Virus record (IMG/VR): IMGVR_UViG_3300037189_023236
Length of the DNA: 64,000 bases
Reading direction: 5' to 3' (one strand)
Source of the DNA: a virus
Shown here: positions 16,874-29,404 of the stretch, piece after piece
Position numbering within the stretch: position 1 is the first letter of the stretch
How the letters are laid out: the number at the start of each line of letters is the position of its first letter
The notes under the pieces: model-generated
Told to the model about the DNA's origin: nothing
What the model saw: only the letters and a program-made list of their open reading frames with translations
The model's database searches: none
Position numbers and translations under genes: made by a program

Positions 16874-19800
16874 TTAAGGTAGTGTAATTACAGGGAGCGC
16901 GGCTGTGTTTGGGCCGCATAAATCGCGAAAACCGACGCTATTTGAATTACTCGGTGTAATAGCGGTAACTAGATCTAGCGTCGTGATTGTATTGGTGGTT
17001 ATGTCGTGCGTATACCATTGACCCGCGATTATGTTGTGCAGATACACAAGGTTGTACGCTGCGTTAAACGATACTTGCATGCCGGCCATACCGCTTTTTA
17101 ACAACGTAAAAGACGCGTTTGGCGTATTCACGTTTAATGTGTACATGTACCCGGTGTTTGTACTGGCGTATAGTAGGCCAGTGTTTGGGTTGATAGCAAA
17201 GTCGCCAAATCGGTTGTCGATACTGGTTTGCACATTTGTTTGAATTATTTGCGGCTGCCCGGCAGTTACGCTTGCGCCGTAGGTCAGCGGTATTTTTATC
17301 AGCTCACGCGAGTTTCTTACGCCAGTGTAACTAGTGGCTTTCGGGTAAAAAAACCACACAGCGTTATTGTAATATGCCGCGCCAGCCGGTACTTCTGTTA
17401 AGTCAATGACGGCGGCGTTTATCGTTATTTTTGTGAACGTATTGGCTGGGATATTCCATAAATACATATCGCCGGGGACAGCGCCGTCAAATACGAATAA
17501 ATGCTGGCGCGCTGGGTCAAAAGCCAATGCGTTTGGCGACGTCGTTAGCATTGTTTTACGGACGGGCGAGCTCGTTTTTGCCGCTGGATTTATCTGCCAA
17601 ATTACGCCGTTGTTGTCGACGCCGTATACGTACGTATTGACTGAAAGCTCTTCGGCCACGCGAAAACCTAAAAATCGCGTAGAGTGCGTTGCGGCTCTGT
17701 ATGTTGGCGGGCTGGCTGCGTTAAACGTCTCGCCAAGTGCCGTAAAACCTCCCGACATTATCGGCACCTGCCCGTCGACAATAGTATCTGTCCACTCAGC
17801 TAAATTGCCTACCATGTCTAATCCGCCATAGTACGATTGCGATCCGGCGCCAAACGTGCCGACGGGTGTTGAGTCGCCGATACCGCCTTCAATATTTGCG
17901 GTGTTTGTTTGCGCAGTTGGACTTGTGGCTACAGTCGGTTTTGTATCGGTGCCGGTGCCCCACGTGTAATAGCCGCCTATGCCGTTATTTAATAGCGGAC
18001 TGTAGAATGCGGCTTTGTACCACTCGTCACGGCTGGGCAGAAACGCTTTTGCCCCTATATTTCGCGGCACCGGGGTTGTCGTTGTTTTTGTCAGAGTATA
18101 AGCGCCGTATTCCGTGCTCGCCGGGTCGTTTGTCATGCCGTTATGCAACCAGTTAGCAAAACGCGCTGCCGACGGCCACGAGACATGGCACACAGGGCGC
18201 GATGCAAGCAACGGATCGCTTATGTACGAATAATTGCCAACCGTACCGAGTTGCGTGATACCAACAACGCCTTGCGCTAGCGTGTAGATGTTGTTGTCAT
18301 TTACCCGACCAACCGCATTTAAAAATTCTACGTACTGCGCTGTAGATATTTCAGTTGCAGATATTTTGTAGCCATACGCAACCGAACCTACCCCGACGTT
18401 GTTTGTTTTTGTCGACGGTGGGTTGCTCAGGTCATACACATTCTTAAACGTTATTGCGTTTTGCAGTGGTTTCGCTATCGGAGTTGGCGTGGGTGTCGGT
18501 GTAATTGTTGGCGTGGGTGTAATTGTCGGCGTCGGAGTAGGCGTCGGCGTTGCGTTAACGTTCCAAATCAACGCCGCTGTGCCGTGATCCGCCGATATTT
18601 GCATGACGTTGTTAAGCAGCAATTTACTAGTATTCGGAATTTGCGGTGTTGTCGTATTACGGCCTAGATCGGCGCGATCGCAACCCCACGTAAATACGCC
18701 GTCGCGCTCGGCCGCAACACCGACGACAAAGCCGCTGCCTATTTTGATGTCCGCCCATAAATTTGTGTTTAGCTGTGTCAATACTGGCAGAACTAGTGCG
18801 GCACTACTTGTTTGAAATGTCGTGTAACCAAAAATATTGCACTCGGTGTTCAAACCACAACCCCAAAGTGTTCCATTTCGTTTTATTGCTAGTGTAGTAA
18901 CCGGCCCGACGCTGACCGTTGCCCAATCACTATCAGGGCTTAACTGCCTAATATCTCCAACGGAGGTAGCGCGACCGGGAGTGAACACGCCGAGTTGTCT
19001 GTACGTATTTTGGCCCCAGCCCCACAGCGTTCCGTCAGATCTAATAGCTACTACATGCGGGCCGGCGGCTATTTTGGTGTACGTATGCGTACCGATGCGC
19101 GCGGGATCGCTGTAAAGAGCGCCGCCGTCAAGCGAACTTACTCCCCAGTGCCACAGTGAGCCGTCTGTTTTAAGCGCAAACACCTCAGCGTCGGCGCAAA
19201 CAATTTCGGCCCAGTCTGTAGCTTCGCTGATTTTTGTAGGTACAAAAACTGATTGATTTTCGGCAATACCGCTTCCGGCTGTTAGTTGCCAATTACGATT
19301 TGAGCCCCAGCCCCAAAGCGTACCATTCTGTTTTATGGCGAAAGAGCACGTATATCCGGCAGCTACTGCTGCCCAATCGTTGTTTGCGCCCACGCTACTC
19401 GGTATTTCAACATTTTCACCTCGGCCGTATCGTGTAAATAACAGATCGCTACCCAAACCGAGCTGACCGTCCGGCCCGCTACCAAATACAAAAATTGTGC
19501 CGTTAGCGCGTAATCCAATTGTGTGATGATAATTAGCGCTAATTTTTGCCAAATTTAAACTGAATGCCGCGTCGGGTAGGTTCGGCATGTATACAACAGG
19601 TATAACTCCGGAAGAAATATCACGATAACCTAATGCGTTATTTGTATTTCGACCCCAGACGCGTGCCTGTAAACCGGGTGGTGGTGTGGGTGTAGGTGTC
19701 GGCGTCGGCGTATTAGTCGGCGTTGGTGTAGGTGTGGGTGTTCTTGTCGCGGTTGGTGTCGGTGTGGAGGTTCTAGTCGGTGTAGGTGTGGGTGTAGGCG

Positions 19801-21184
19801 TAGGTGGTACAGGGGTGTTAGTCGGCGTGGGCGTCGGTGTAGGTGTGGGCGTTCTAGTCGGTGTTGGAGTAGGCGTTGGCGTAGGCGGAATAGGCGTCGG
19901 AGTTGGCGTCCTAGTTGGCGTAGGTGTGGGCGTTGGTGTAGGCGGTACGGGCGTCGGAGTGGGCGTCCTAGTTGGTGTCGGTGTGGGGGTTCTAGTCGGT
20001 GTTGGAGTGGGCGTGGGTGTTCTTGTCGGTGTAGGTGTGGGCGTAGGCGTCGGTGTAAGCCCGCTAGCGAAAATACCCAAAGAGAAATCAGTAGAGTGAC
20101 TAATGCTGACGGCTAAGCACGTATTTGTGCCAACCATTGCCGGCACTGTAATCGTGGAGCCTGCGAAAGAGCCGAGGCCGAGCTGGCCGAAGGCATTATT
20201 GCCCCACATAAATAACCGACCGTCTGACCGAATAGCTGCGGAAGAATAACGACCAGCGGCTACTCTAGTAAAAACAGTCGGCGAACCAATTGTGACAGGT
20301 ACAGCAACTTGAGTTGGCGTAGAGACGTCAAAGGATGTATAACCCAAACCCAATTCGCCGGAAGTGTTTGAACCCCACGCAAATAACACACCGTCTTGTC
20401 TAACGGCTATGGCGTAAGTATTTCCTTTGACTGACACATCTGCGCAAAAAAGTAATGGACCAACCGGCGACGGAAAATAATTCGGCGCGGTGGCCGTGCT
20501 TCTACCAAGCGGAACGCGGTTGTTGGCGCCCCACGTATACAATTGCCCGTTTTGATCTATAGCCGCTACGGTTGCCTCCGTGCCTGTACTGCACGACACG
20601 GCCACAAATCTGTTTAAGCCAACAATAGAATTTTGTCCGGCTACTTGAACTGGGTAAACCGCGTAATTGTCTTGGCTTGACGCGAATCCAAGGTTGCCCG
20701 TCCCCCATCCGAACAACCTACCGTCAGCGCGAATTGCAAATGTGTTTTGATATCCGCAAGACACTGCAATCCAGTTGTCATTGCCTATTTGTATAGGTGT
20801 TAATCGCGAAGTGAGCGTACCGTCGCCGAGCTGTCCGAACGAGTTGGCACCCCACGTGAATAACTTACCGTCGCTGCGAATTGCAGCCATGTGCATATAA
20901 CCAGCGTCAACAGCGCGCCAGTTGTCGTTGCCTAATTGTCTAGGTGTTCTTTCAACCCCCGAGGCATCGCTGAACCCTAAAAGATTGTTGCCGGCATTGC
21001 CCCATGTAAATAGTTTGCCAGTGCTGCTTATACCTGCGCCGACCCAAGACCCGGCAGAAATCGCGGACCACGTAGTACCAATTACTTGCGCCGGCGTCGT
21101 GCGCGAACCGCCATCGGCGTGCCCGAGCTGGTACAGCGTATTGGCGCCCCAGGAGTATAAAAAGCCTGGCGTGGTTGTAATCAT
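16874..21184 (-). CDS. multidomain protein: two RCC1/BLIP-II propellers, FGE-sulfatase (C-type lectin-like) domain, C-terminal propeller, PT linkers
   Basis: Repeated DGxLFxWGxNxxGQLG. FGE motifs [37 protein letters not shown] and LGFRV. Confidence 0.85.
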   Translation of the reverse strand: MITTTPGFLYSWGANTLYQLGHADGGSRTTPAQVIGTTWSAISAGSWVGAGISSTGKLFTWGNAGNNLLGFSDASGVERTPRQLGNDNWRAVDAGYMHMAAIRSDGKLFTWGANSFGQLGDGTLTSRLTPIQIGNDNWIAVSCGYQNTFAIRADGRLFGWGTGNLGFASSQDNYAVYPVQVAGQNSIVGLNRFVAVSCSTGTEATVAAIDQNGQLYTWGANNRVPLGRSTATAPNYFPSPVGPLLFCADVSVKGNTYAIAVRQDGVLFAWGSNTSGELGLGYTSFDVSTPTQVAVPVTIGSPTVFTRVAAGRYSSAAIRSDGRLFMWGNNAFGQLGLGSFAGSTITVPAMVGTNTCLAVSISHSTDFSLGIFASGLTPTPTPTPTPTRTPTPTPTPTRTPTPTPTRTPTPTPVPPTPTPTPTPTRTPTPTPIPPTPTPTPTPTRTPTPTPTPTPTNTPVPPTPTPTPTPTRTSTPTPTATRTPTPTPTPTNTPTPTPTPTPPPGLQARVWGRNTNNALGYRDISSGVIPVVYMPNLPDAAFSLNLAKISANYHHTIGLRANGTIFVFGSGPDGQLGLGSDLLFTRYGRGENVEIPSSVGANNDWAAVAAGYTCSFAIKQNGTLWGWGSNRNWQLTAGSGIAENQSVFVPTKISEATDWAEIVCADAEVFALKTDGSLWHWGVSSLDGGALYSDPARIGTHTYTKIAAGPHVVAIRSDGTLWGWGQNTYRQLGVFTPGRATSVGDIRQLSPDSDWATVSVGPVTTLAIKRNGTLWGCGLNTECNIFGYTTFQTSSAALVLPVLTQLNTNLWADIKIGSGFVVGVAAERDGVFTWGCDRADLGRNTTTPQIPNTSKLLLNNVMQISADHGTAALIWNVNATPTPTPTPTITPTPTITPTPTPTPIAKPLQNAITFKNVYDLSNPPSTKTNNVGVGSVAYGYKISATEISTAQYVEFLNAVGRVNDNNIYTLAQGVVGITQLGTVGNYSYISDPLLASRPVCHVSWPSAARFANWLHNGMTNDPASTEYGAYTLTKTTTTPVPRNIGAKAFLPSRDEWYKAAFYSPLLNNGIGGYYTWGTGTDTKPTVATSPTAQTNTANIEGGIGDSTPVGTFGAGSQSYYGGLDMVGNLAEWTDTIVDGQVPIMSGGFTALGETFNAASPPTYRAATHSTRFLGFRVAEELSVNTYVYGVDNNGVIWQINPAAKTSSPVRKTMLTTSPNALAFDPARQHLFVFDGAVPGDMYLWNIPANTFTKITINAAVIDLTEVPAGAAYYNNAVWFFYPKATSYTGVRNSRELIKIPLTYGASVTAGQPQIIQTNVQTSIDNRFGDFAINPNTGLLYASTNTGYMYTLNVNTPNASFTLLKSGMAGMQVSFNAAYNLVYLHNIIAGQWYTHDITTNTITTLDLVTAITPSNSNSVGFRDLCGPNTAALPVITLP

Positions 21185-21205
21185 TTTTAGACCTGCGTCA
21201 TGCTA

Positions 21206-24200
21206 TTACGGGCAGCTCAAAGTCAAACCTGGGCCGGCCATATTCGGGTATGAAAGCGCTGTTACTCGATACGTCCCGCTTACGATCGCCGTATTGATAT
21301 TTGGAAAACCGCTGATAGTAACCAACTCGTTTAGCATAAACGGTATGCTGTTGCTCGGCGCGGGCTGATTCACGCCGTAATAAGTGTAAAACCAGACGCC
21401 CTGCGGCGTAGGCGAATACCCGCTCAGCGCCCAGAACGATCTGTGAATGCCCACAGAATCAAGCCCAGCGACGCGTTTGGCGCCAGATGTTAAACCTATA
21501 ATTTGATAACCGCCTCCGCCGCCGCTCGACCCGAACCACCATGTATTTAAAGTGCATGGCGCAAACGTCGGTGTTGGCGTAGGCGTTCTAGTCGGCGTTG
21601 GCGTGGGTGTACGCGTTGGAGTGGGCGTTGGTGTAGGCGGTACGGGCGTCGGGGTTGGCGTCCTAGTTGGTGTAGGCGTGGGTGTAGGTGTTGGTGTTCT
21701 CGTTGGTGTAGGTGTGGGTGTAGGCGTAGGCGGAATAGGCGTATTAGTCGGTGTTGGCGTGGGTGTTCTTGTCGGTGTAGGTGTAGGCGTCCTGGTTGCT
21801 GTAGGCGTAGGCGTGGGCGTCGGAGTGGGCGTGGGCGGTACAGGCGTGTTAGTCGGCGTTGGTGTCGGTGTTCTAGTCGGCGTCGGAGTGGGTGACGGTG
21901 TTGGCGTTGGTGTAGCTGTAGGCGGAATTGGCGTTGCCGTAGGCGTCGGAGTTGGTGTACGGGTTGGAGTAGGCGTAGGTGTGGGCGTCCTAGTCGGCGT
22001 AGGTGTTGGTGTAGGCGGCACCGGAGTATTAGTTGGAGTCGGTGTCGGTGTTGGCGTAGGTGTAAACGTTGGCGTGGGCGTCGGTGTCGCGCAAGACGGC
22101 GTTACTACCGTTACGGTATTTGACGGCGCGCTGGGTATGCCGCTGCAATTTACGACAGTTATATTAAACACAGCGGTTGTTTCGCACGGCAATGCTATCG
22201 TGTACTGCTGCCCGTCTGTTACGTCAATCGATACCCATCGCGAATTGATGAATTGATTAATCTTGTAATATTCCACAGGGCAGCTTGGACTTACAGCTTG
22301 CGTCCAGCTCAACGTGGCTAAACCGGTGACAGCGTTATAAATCGCGGTTAGTGTTACGGTGCCGGGCGGTACGGGCGTGGCTGTCGGCGTCGGCGTGGCC
22401 GTAGGCGTAGGCGTGGGCGTTCTCGTTGGCGTTGGCGTCGGGGTGGGTGTGGGCGTAGGCGTGTTCGTCGGCGCCGCTGAGCTACTGCTGCTGCTACTGC
22501 TGCTGCGGCTACTACTGCTGCGGCTACTACTACTGCTGCTGCTGCTACTGCTGCTAGAGCTATTTCCAGGTACGACGACAGTCACGCTTCCGCCGCATTC
22601 TGTGTCTGTTAAACCAGCACAATTGGTGGCTGTAGCGCAAAACGGGAAAAAATATCTACCGGCCGGCGCCGTGTCGAAGTCTAAACCGAGCGCTTCAAGT
22701 AACTGCGTCGCCGTAACGATAAATGTCCGCGGATTATCTGCTGCAAGTATTTCGCCATTTGCTACGGTTATTGCGTTGGCACCTGTTGTGTATATTCTGT
22801 ATGTTGTTTTTTGCCGTTCCGCGTAAAACGGATCTGCGGCTGCAATTTGAATCATGAAAGAATCATTGCGGCCGAGCTGACTAAGAAACTGCCCCGTCGA
22901 CCGCACGCGAATGCCGATAGTCGTCGGCACTGTCGCAGTGCAGTTGCCAGACGAGCTGCTAGAGCTGCTACTGCTGCTAGATCTACTTGAACTGCTACTG
23001 CTAGATTTGCTCGAGCTGCTGCTACTTGATTTGCTAGAGCTACTTCCAGACGATGCGCTGCTTTGCGCGCTAGAACTGGTAGAGCTGAAATCTTCCGGGC
23101 ACGGAAGCGTGGCCGACGGCCGCCCATAACGTGGTTCAAATAAATCGTTGTTAGTCGGAAGGCCTACCCACTGGCACGTATCCCGATCAACTATGTAGGT
23201 GTAAACGCGTTTTAATACAGGCGTGCCAAATTTTGGATGTGGTTTTTCGCAATACTCAAATTTGGCGCGCGTCTTTGCGCAAGAAAATCCGCCAACGCCG
23301 CCGACGTCGCCGTATGAAACTTCCGTAAATACGTTGTAACCGAACAAATTTTGCATTTTTGACGGAGGAAGTTCGATTGCCGCGCAATCGCATCCGCCGC
23401 CACCGCCACCGCCTCCACCACCGCCGCCGCCGTCACTGCTCCCGGGATCGCAACTGGGCTTGAACATGAACGTAAATGGCGCCCATTCGCATTTTGCCGG
23501 GTTAAACGTGTACATCGTTAACCCGAGTTGCGTGCCGTCTTCGCAAAGAATCATTCCGCCAACCGGGGGCGGCAAAATCGGGTAACAGTTGCCGCCATCA
23601 GGCGGTGTTGCTGTCGCGCATTGCTTATTGCACTCAGCTTCTGTCGCATACTGACCGGCGTTGCCCTCGACGACAACGCAGCCGTTATTGCCGCAAGAAT
23701 AAGATACGTCTACGCATTGTCCGTTGATTATTGTTTTCCCGGGCGGGCAGCCGCAGCTGCAATCTTGTAGCCGTACAGAACCCGGCGGACACTTATCTAC
23801 GCAAACGCCGTTTGGAAAAAGCGGGTTAGATGTGCACAGCTCGGTGTCGGCGTCTGGGCCATTTGGACACGGTTCGCATTTGCGCACGCCCTCGACAAAA
23901 GAACTTTTAAATTCTGGCTTGCACACGCACTGACAACCAGGAACGCCCAAAGTGCCCGCGGTGATGAATACTTGATTTTCTGGGCAAACGGTGCTGACGC
24001 ATTTGCCGTTGCATTTTTTAAATGTCGGCGCTTCGCATTTCACGCATACGGGCGAATTTTTGTCGTCTCCGGGCTTTTCGGTGCCAAGATTGTCTGGGCA
24101 AACGCATATCCCGTCGGCGTTGCGTACGGAACCGTTTTTACATTTTGGTACGCATTTGCTGGCGCCGGCTATTGTGACGACTTCGTGCGTGGCTTCGTCG

Positions 24201-27200
24201 CAAGGGCCGCACTTGCCGTTTTGAATTGGCGCATCCGGCGGGCAGACGCAGAAACCGTTGTCGTCGCGTACTCTGTTTTCGCCTGGATACTCTTTATCGC
24301 ATTTTTCAAGGCACACGCCGTTTACAAGTTCATGCGTATTTTCCGGACAGCCGCATTCGCAGGTCTCGTTGTTAGCAATTACTTGCGCTGGGTTTTCACA
24401 CTTTGGACAAATTTTGCACGGATCTGTCGCTGTAGCCGCGCGCACATGCGTCTGGCTGTTGTATTTGTCGCAGCAATATCCGTTGACTTCTTCTTGCGTT
24501 CCGTTAACGTCGCACGACCGGCACTCGCCCGTTACAGGGTCAATTGATTTAACTATTCCGTCAGTCAAATCAGCATCTGTTTTTTCGCACGGAGGCCGGC
24601 AAACAATTTCGCCAGACGTTAACCTATACGGAACGTAATCCGAATTTTCGCACACGCAGTCGCAGTCTGCGCCGCGCGGAACTAACGGCGATTCGCACGT
24701 AACGTCATCACAAGCCGTGCCGCCATCAACGGGATCTCCATCGCAATTTGGATTGTCTGGATTGTTGTTGCAGCACCAATCGCGACACTCTTGCGATTGA
24801 TTACACAAATCTTCGCAATTGCAATTTTCTGGTGGGCAGCCGGCTTTATCGGGATAGTCGGCGCAGCAATCCGTCCGGCAGTCGTCGGATAAAAGCGCAT
24901 AGTCAATATCGCAATCGCACTGAGGCGGGGCGGTTGATGTCGTCGACGATGTCGAAGATACCGAGCTGCTCGACGCCGCTGGCGGTGGATATGTCGGCGG
25001 CACCCACGGCGGGCAGCCAGGACCGGTAATGGGACTGCATGTGTAAGTAATACAACCGTCGACGCGTCCCGCCGGCACGGCTTGCCAACATTCGCCGCAA
25101 TCTGGCGGACCCGGGCAATTCTCGCCGTCTGTCAACGACGATGCGCTGCCGTCAGACGCGCCAGAGCCGTCAGATTCTGTAGATTGTGTACTAGATTGCG
25201 TGCTGGACTGCGTACTAGACGCCGTGCTCGACTGGGCGCTGCTTGATTGCGTGCTGCTTGATTGCGTGCTGCTTGATTGCGTGCTGCTTGATTGACTAGA
25301 GCTTTGAGCAGAGCTGCTGTCGCTGGAATCTGAGCTACTAGATTGCCGGCTTGACGAACTCTGACTAGAGCTCTGGCTTGAACTGCTTGAACTCTGGCTA
25401 GAGCTTGAACTGCTAGAGCTGGGGCTTGAACTGCTTGAACTCTGGCTAGAGCTTGAACTGCTGGAGCTTGAACTGCTAGAGCTTGAACTGCTGGAGCTAG
25501 AGCTAGAACTGCTAGAGCTAGAACTGCTGGAGCTAGAACTGCTAGAGCTAGAGCTAGAGCTTGAACTGCTAGAGCTTGAACTGCTGGAGCTTGAACTGCT
25601 GGAGCTTGAACTGCTGGAGCTTGAACTGCTGGAGCTAGAGCTAGAACTGCTGGAGCTAGAACTGCTAGAGCTAGAGCTAGAACTGCTAGAGCTAGAGCTA
25701 GAGCTTGAACTGCTGGAGCTTGAACTGCTGGAGCTAGAGCTAGAACTGCTGGAGCTAGAGCTAGAACTGCTAGAGCTAGAGCTAGAACTGCTGGAGCTTG
25801 AACTGCTGGAGCTGGAGCTAGAGCTTGAACTGCTGGAGCTTGAACTGCTGGAGCTAGAGCTAGAACTGCTGGAGCTAGAGCTAGAACTGCTAGAGCTAGA
25901 ACTGCTAGAGCTAGAACTGCTGGAGCTTGAACTGCTGGAGCTAGAGCTAGAACTGCTGGAGCTAGAACTGCTGGAGCTAGAGCTGGAGCAGCCATTATTT
26001 ATGTTGGCGGCTACAGTTTTTGGCGTGAACTGTTTTACAACCTTGCGCCCGGCAAAATTAACAACAGTTGTGTAATATGTCGTGCCGACTGTTGGCTCAA
26101 CAATTTTGTTTAAGTGCAGTTTGCACGCTCTATCGCTTGCGGAAATGACATAATCAAACACTAAGCGCGACACAAAAATATCGGTTGGCGTAGAAAGCGT
26201 TGCTTGGCGTGTTTGGCGCCCAGCTGAATCTTCTAGTTCAAACTCCAGCAGAATTGTGCCGTCTGTTGCCTTAACTTGCGATTGAAACACAACGCTTAGT
26301 TTTAACGTGGCGCCGGTGTTAAATTCCGGCGCTGATACAGCAGCAACAGGGAATACACCAGGCGTTTTGATGTCGTACAACATCGGCATGCGCATCGCAG
26401 ACGACCCGCTGCCTAATTCTACGTCGGAGTCAACCGGGCAGCATTCACTACAGTCTGGCACATAACCGCTAACGTCTACGCGATATACGACCTCGTTGTT
26501 TTCTCCTGTCTCCTTTACGATGTCGACGGTTATGGACGGTTCGCCGCCGCAAGTAGTTGGTGTTAATGTTTGCGTGCCTTTTGTAAACGTAATGTCGCTA
26601 TTTGATTTTGGTACGTCAATCTTGCCCTGTATTTCATAAATACAGTTTGCTGTAACGTCATCTGTCCATGAATCTCGTTTAATAAATTTGAGTTCAGCAT
26701 AAGTTGGCGTATCTGGAGGCGTGTCTACCTGATTTACGACAATCCCGTACGGCGACTGCACGAATACGCAGCTGTTTGCTGCGCTTATTGGTATCTGTAT
26801 GTCAACATCGTATTTACACGGCTCTCCCGGCACAGTCGGCGGATTTGGTGTAAATGTCGCCGTACCTTCTTTACTGTCAGATTCATATGTGTAGACTTTT
26901 GCCGTGAACGTTGGGCACGGCGGCGGGGGAACTTTGACTACGCCAGAAACTTCGTATACGCAATCTTTTTCGCCGTACCCTGGCCAGCCTGGCGCTGCTT
27001 TTATGTCTAGCTTGGCGTAGTCAAAACCAGTGCCGTCACCGGCGCCGTATTGAACTTGAATACCATACGGCGACTGCACAAACGCGCATTTATTCGCGTT
27101 AGCCGGTACTGGTATTTGTATTTCAACGTCAAACGTACACGGGTCGTTCCAGTCTCCGGAATAAACAGGCGTAAATACAACTGTCCCGGTGTTCGAATCA

Positions 27201-28444
27201 CTTTCGTATGTCGTGACTGTGCCGGTAAATTCCGGACACGGCGGCGACGGGATTACCAGGTTAAGTCCAAATTCAAAGTCGCAGCAGCGCTCGCCATTTG
27301 GATCTTCTGGCGTCGGCGGGCACTGTGACGAGTCTTTACGAATGAAAATCTCAGCTTTCGATTCAGTGCCATAAGGCGCAAGCTCCATGCTGGCGCAGTC
27401 TGGATTGATAAGCTGATAGCATTTGAATTTTGGGCAGGGAATTTGTATTTCTGGAATTGCCAGAGTTACTGTGAAATCAAAATCGCAGATTTCAGGGTCA
27501 TCGCAGTCGCCAGGCGTGACCGTTTTATTGATATCTAGATCAAGTTGCGGTTGCGTAATACTTCCGTCGTAATAAGCCTTTGATTTGCCAGACGTGTAGA
27601 TATTTGGGCACGGCGGTTGCGGGATTGGAATAACTAGATCCAGGCTGATATCAAACTCGCACTGGTCGGGATTCTCTCCGCAGGGATCTGTAGAAACTTT
27701 TTTCTCTACAGTTAGCTTGTTTGCTTCTACAACGCAGCCTTCGTATACAGTTTTGACTGTTACGGGGCCGGCCTTAATGTCGGGGCAGGGCGGCAACGGA
27801 ATCGGGATAACGAGATCAAGACTGATGTCAAACTCGCACTGCTCTGCGCCGCACGGATCAGTCGATACTTTTTTTGCTACATTAATCGCCCCGCCACCCG
27901 CAACGCAGCCGAGATAGCCGGCTATGGCGCTTACTTTGCCGCCAGTGATAGTTGGACACGGCGGCGTAGGAATGGGGATATTGAGCTCGAGATTAATTTC
28001 GAACTCGCACCCTGCGTCGGGGTCGTCGCAGTCTTTTGGCGTCTGCGTTACCGTAAAACTGTTTTCTTCTTCCGGAATGCAACCTTCGTAGCCGGTATTT
28101 ACAGCAAACTTGCCTATCTTAATAGACGGGCAAGGTGGTTGCGGAATTGGAATATCGAGATCTAGACTGATCTCAAATTGACAGTTTTCACTCTTTTCAA
28201 CGGATAGCGTTCCGGTCGCTTCGCGGCTTTCTGTGGAACAGCTAGTTAGCGCCTTTGTCGAAATTTTTACCGGGCCGGCCGATATATCCGGGCAGAACGG
28301 CGGCGGCTCAAACGGCGGACAGATCGGCGGCGGGCAGTCGTAAATAGGGTCCGGCGGCGACGGTATAACGCAGTCTTCAATAAAATTGAAGTCTACGACC
28401 GGAACAAACGGCACATCGCAGTTTTTGAAAAGCGGTTCGGCCAT
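21206..28444 (-). CDS. giant (2412 aa) Cys-rich fibre-like protein with ~55-aa repeats, poly-Ser tract, EGF-like Cys repeats, FN3-like domain and PT linkers
   Basis: About 10 PPCP...C.F.I.L.IP repeats, about 181 consecutive Ser, and CxCP..G.C repeats. Confidence 0.8.
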   Translation of the reverse strand: MAEPLFKNCDVPFVPVVDFNFIEDCVIPSPPDPIYDCPPPICPPFEPPPFCPDISAGPVKISTKALTSCSTESREATGTLSVEKSENCQFEISLDLDIPIPQPPCPSIKIGKFAVNTGYEGCIPEEENSFTVTQTPKDCDDPDAGCEFEINLELNIPIPTPPCPTITGGKVSAIAGYLGCVAGGGAINVAKKVSTDPCGAEQCEFDISLDLVIPIPLPPCPDIKAGPVTVKTVYEGCVVEANKLTVEKKVSTDPCGENPDQCEFDISLDLVIPIPQPPCPNIYTSGKSKAYYDGSITQPQLDLDINKTVTPGDCDDPEICDFDFTVTLAIPEIQIPCPKFKCYQLINPDCASMELAPYGTESKAEIFIRKDSSQCPPTPEDPNGERCCDFEFGLNLVIPSPPCPEFTGTVTTYESDSNTGTVVFTPVYSGDWNDPCTFDVEIQIPVPANANKCAFVQSPYGIQVQYGAGDGTGFDYAKLDIKAAPGWPGYGEKDCVYEVSGVVKVPPPPCPTFTAKVYTYESDSKEGTATFTPNPPTVPGEPCKYDVDIQIPISAANSCVFVQSPYGIVVNQVDTPPDTPTYAELKFIKRDSWTDDVTANCIYEIQGKIDVPKSNSDITFTKGTQTLTPTTCGGEPSITVDIVKETGENNEVVYRVDVSGYVPDCSECCPVDSDVELGSGSSAMRMPMLYDIKTPGVFPVAAVSAPEFNTGATLKLSVVFQSQVKATDGTILLEFELEDSAGRQTRQATLSTPTDIFVSRLVFDYVISASDRACKLHLNKIVEPTVGTTYYTTVVNFAGRKVVKQFTPKTVAANINNGCSSSSSSSSSSSSSSSSSSSSSSSSSSSSSSSSSSSSSSSSSSSSSSSSSSSSSSSSSSSSSSSSSSSSSSSSSSSSSSSSSSSSSSSSSSSSSSSSSSSSSSSSSSSSSSSSSSSSSSSSSSSSSSSSSSSSSSSSSSSSSSSSSSSSSSSSSSSSSSSSSSSSSSSSSSSSSSSSSSSSSQSSSSSSPSSSSSSSSQSSSSSSQSSSQSSSSRQSSSSDSSDSSSAQSSSQSSSTQSSSTQSSSTQSSSAQSSTASSTQSSTQSSTQSTESDGSGASDGSASSLTDGENCPGPPDCGECWQAVPAGRVDGCITYTCSPITGPGCPPWVPPTYPPPAASSSSVSSTSSTTSTAPPQCDCDIDYALLSDDCRTDCCADYPDKAGCPPENCNCEDLCNQSQECRDWCCNNNPDNPNCDGDPVDGGTACDDVTCESPLVPRGADCDCVCENSDYVPYRLTSGEIVCRPPCEKTDADLTDGIVKSIDPVTGECRSCDVNGTQEEVNGYCCDKYNSQTHVRAATATDPCKICPKCENPAQVIANNETCECGCPENTHELVNGVCLEKCDKEYPGENRVRDDNGFCVCPPDAPIQNGKCGPCDEATHEVVTIAGASKCVPKCKNGSVRNADGICVCPDNLGTEKPGDDKNSPVCVKCEAPTFKKCNGKCVSTVCPENQVFITAGTLGVPGCQCVCKPEFKSSFVEGVRKCEPCPNGPDADTELCTSNPLFPNGVCVDKCPPGSVRLQDCSCGCPPGKTIINGQCVDVSYSCGNNGCVVVEGNAGQYATEAECNKQCATATPPDGGNCYPILPPPVGGMILCEDGTQLGLTMYTFNPAKCEWAPFTFMFKPSCDPGSSDGGGGGGGGGGGGGCDCAAIELPPSKMQNLFGYNVFTEVSYGDVGGVGGFSCAKTRAKFEYCEKPHPKFGTPVLKRVYTYIVDRDTCQWVGLPTNNDLFEPRYGRPSATLPCPEDFSSTSSSAQSSASSGSSSSKSSSSSSSKSSSSSSSRSSSSSSSSSSSGNCTATVPTTIGIRVRSTGQFLSQLGRNDSFMIQIAAADPFYAERQKTTYRIYTTGANAITVANGEILAADNPRTFIVTATQLLEALGLDFDTAPAGRYFFPFCATATNCAGLTDTECGGSVTVVVPGNSSSSSSSSSSSSSRSSSSRSSSSSSSSSAAPTNTPTPTPTPTPTPTRTPTPTPTATPTPTATPVPPGTVTLTAIYNAVTGLATLSWTQAVSPSCPVEYYKINQFINSRWVSIDVTDGQQYTIALPCETTAVFNITVVNCSGIPSAPSNTVTVVTPSCATPTPTPTFTPTPTPTPTPTNTPVPPTPTPTPTRTPTPTPTPTRTPTPTPTATPIPPTATPTPTPSPTPTPTRTPTPTPTNTPVPPTPTPTPTPTPTATRTPTPTPTRTPTPTPTNTPIPPTPTPTPTPTRTPTPTPTPTPTRTPTPTPVPPTPTPTPTRTPTPTPTRTPTPTPTFAPCTLNTWWFGSSGGGGGYQIIGLTSGAKRVAGLDSVGIHRSFWALSGYSPTPQGVWFYTYYGVNQPAPSNSIPFMLNELVTISGFPNINTAIVSGTYRVTALSYPNMAGPGLTLSCP
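25445..25987 (-). repeat. poly-serine coding repeat (~181 codons)
   Basis: Mosaic of TCTAGC, TCCAGC, TCAAGC and AGT units, 543 nt between the TGC and first CAG codons. Confidence 0.9.
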
Positions 28445-28459
28445 AATGCTGCGATGTTG

Positions 28460-29404
28460 TTAGCACGTTTGTGATAGCAGATTTTCGACGCGTTTGATGA
28501 GCAAAGTATGCTGCTGCGTCAAATCTGGTACCACCTGGATACCGGCGCCACCCACAATTTTAACGTCTGGCGCGGGTAATCCGTTAATGGCCGTGATAAC
28601 TTCATCGCACGCCGGACCACCGCTTAAAAACTTACTTCCAACAGGCGGAATCTCGCCGGGATACAGTTTAATTTCGCTGCCGTTTTCGCAGAATTCGGCC
28701 GCGTCGAGACCGGTTGTGTTTGCGTCTTTACTTACTGCAATTCGTAACTCGTTTAAATCACTATCCTGCGTTATCTCGCAATTAAATCCTGCGCGTAGTT
28801 GAATGTTCCCCTTTACGCACGCCGCATTTACGATTACAGGCCGTGTCGCGCCGGAGCTAGAACTGCTGCCACACGGCTGGATGACCGTCCTGGCGTAATT
28901 ACCGACGTTTACAGACCGCAAATACGCCTTAACGAGGCTTTGAATCCGGCTGGGCTCGACCGCCCGCTCTTGGTTGAACGTGTATGTTGTGTTATTTGGC
29001 GCACTTGCGGCGAATTCTGCTATACGGCCAGTAACTAAAAACCCGCTCCAAACAGGCTCTGTAGCGCAAAAAATAGCGTCAGTCAGGCCGGTATTGGACG
29101 CTGGGGCAGAGTCCGCGTGCTCGTACGCCCACTCATCTGGCGTCAAATCGCGCTCGAATACGATCGGCTTATTTACCGCACCAGCAGCCGTGGTCTTAAA
29201 CGTAAATTGCAGTTTGGCTGCCGTTTTAGTTATCGAATGTAAGTAGACGATATCTGTTGTTGGATTAAATTCGCTGTCCAGCCCCATTATGAATCCGCAA
29301 TCGACAATAAGCTCTGTCGGCAAGTCGGCGGCAGAATACGCCGATCTAAACACGAAAGGGTACTGGCGGTATTCGTTATCGTTGTAAAAACCAGCGCGCG
29401 GCAT
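28460..29404 (-). CDS. tail/baseplate-associated protein, paralogue family member
   Basis: N-terminal FYNDNEYRQYPF and C-terminal ITAINGL. Confidence 0.65.
   Translation of the reverse strand: MPRAGFYNDNEYRQYPFVFRSAYSAADLPTELIVDCGFIMGLDSEFNPTTDIVYLHSITKTAAKLQFTFKTTAAGAVNKPIVFERDLTPDEWAYEHADSAPASNTGLTDAIFCATEPVWSGFLVTGRIAEFAASAPNNTTYTFNQERAVEPSRIQSLVKAYLRSVNVGNYARTVIQPCGSSSSSGATRPVIVNAACVKGNIQLRAGFNCEITQDSDLNELRIAVSKDANTTGLDAAEFCENGSEIKLYPGEIPPVGSKFLSGGPACDEVITAINGLPAPDVKIVGGAGIQVVPDLTQQHTLLIKRVENLLSQTC

Noticed and set aside
17640-17830. Diversity-generating retroelement targeting the FGE domain
   Set aside because: No reverse transcriptase or adenine-variant template repeat was seen in the window, and the domain is internal. 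It cannot be excluded elsewhere in the genome.
25132-25995. 287-aa ALAPAV-repeat ORF and CRISPR-like appearance of the repeat
   Set aside because: This is an alternative frame of the poly-Ser tract. There are no constant repeats with unique spacers and no cas genes.
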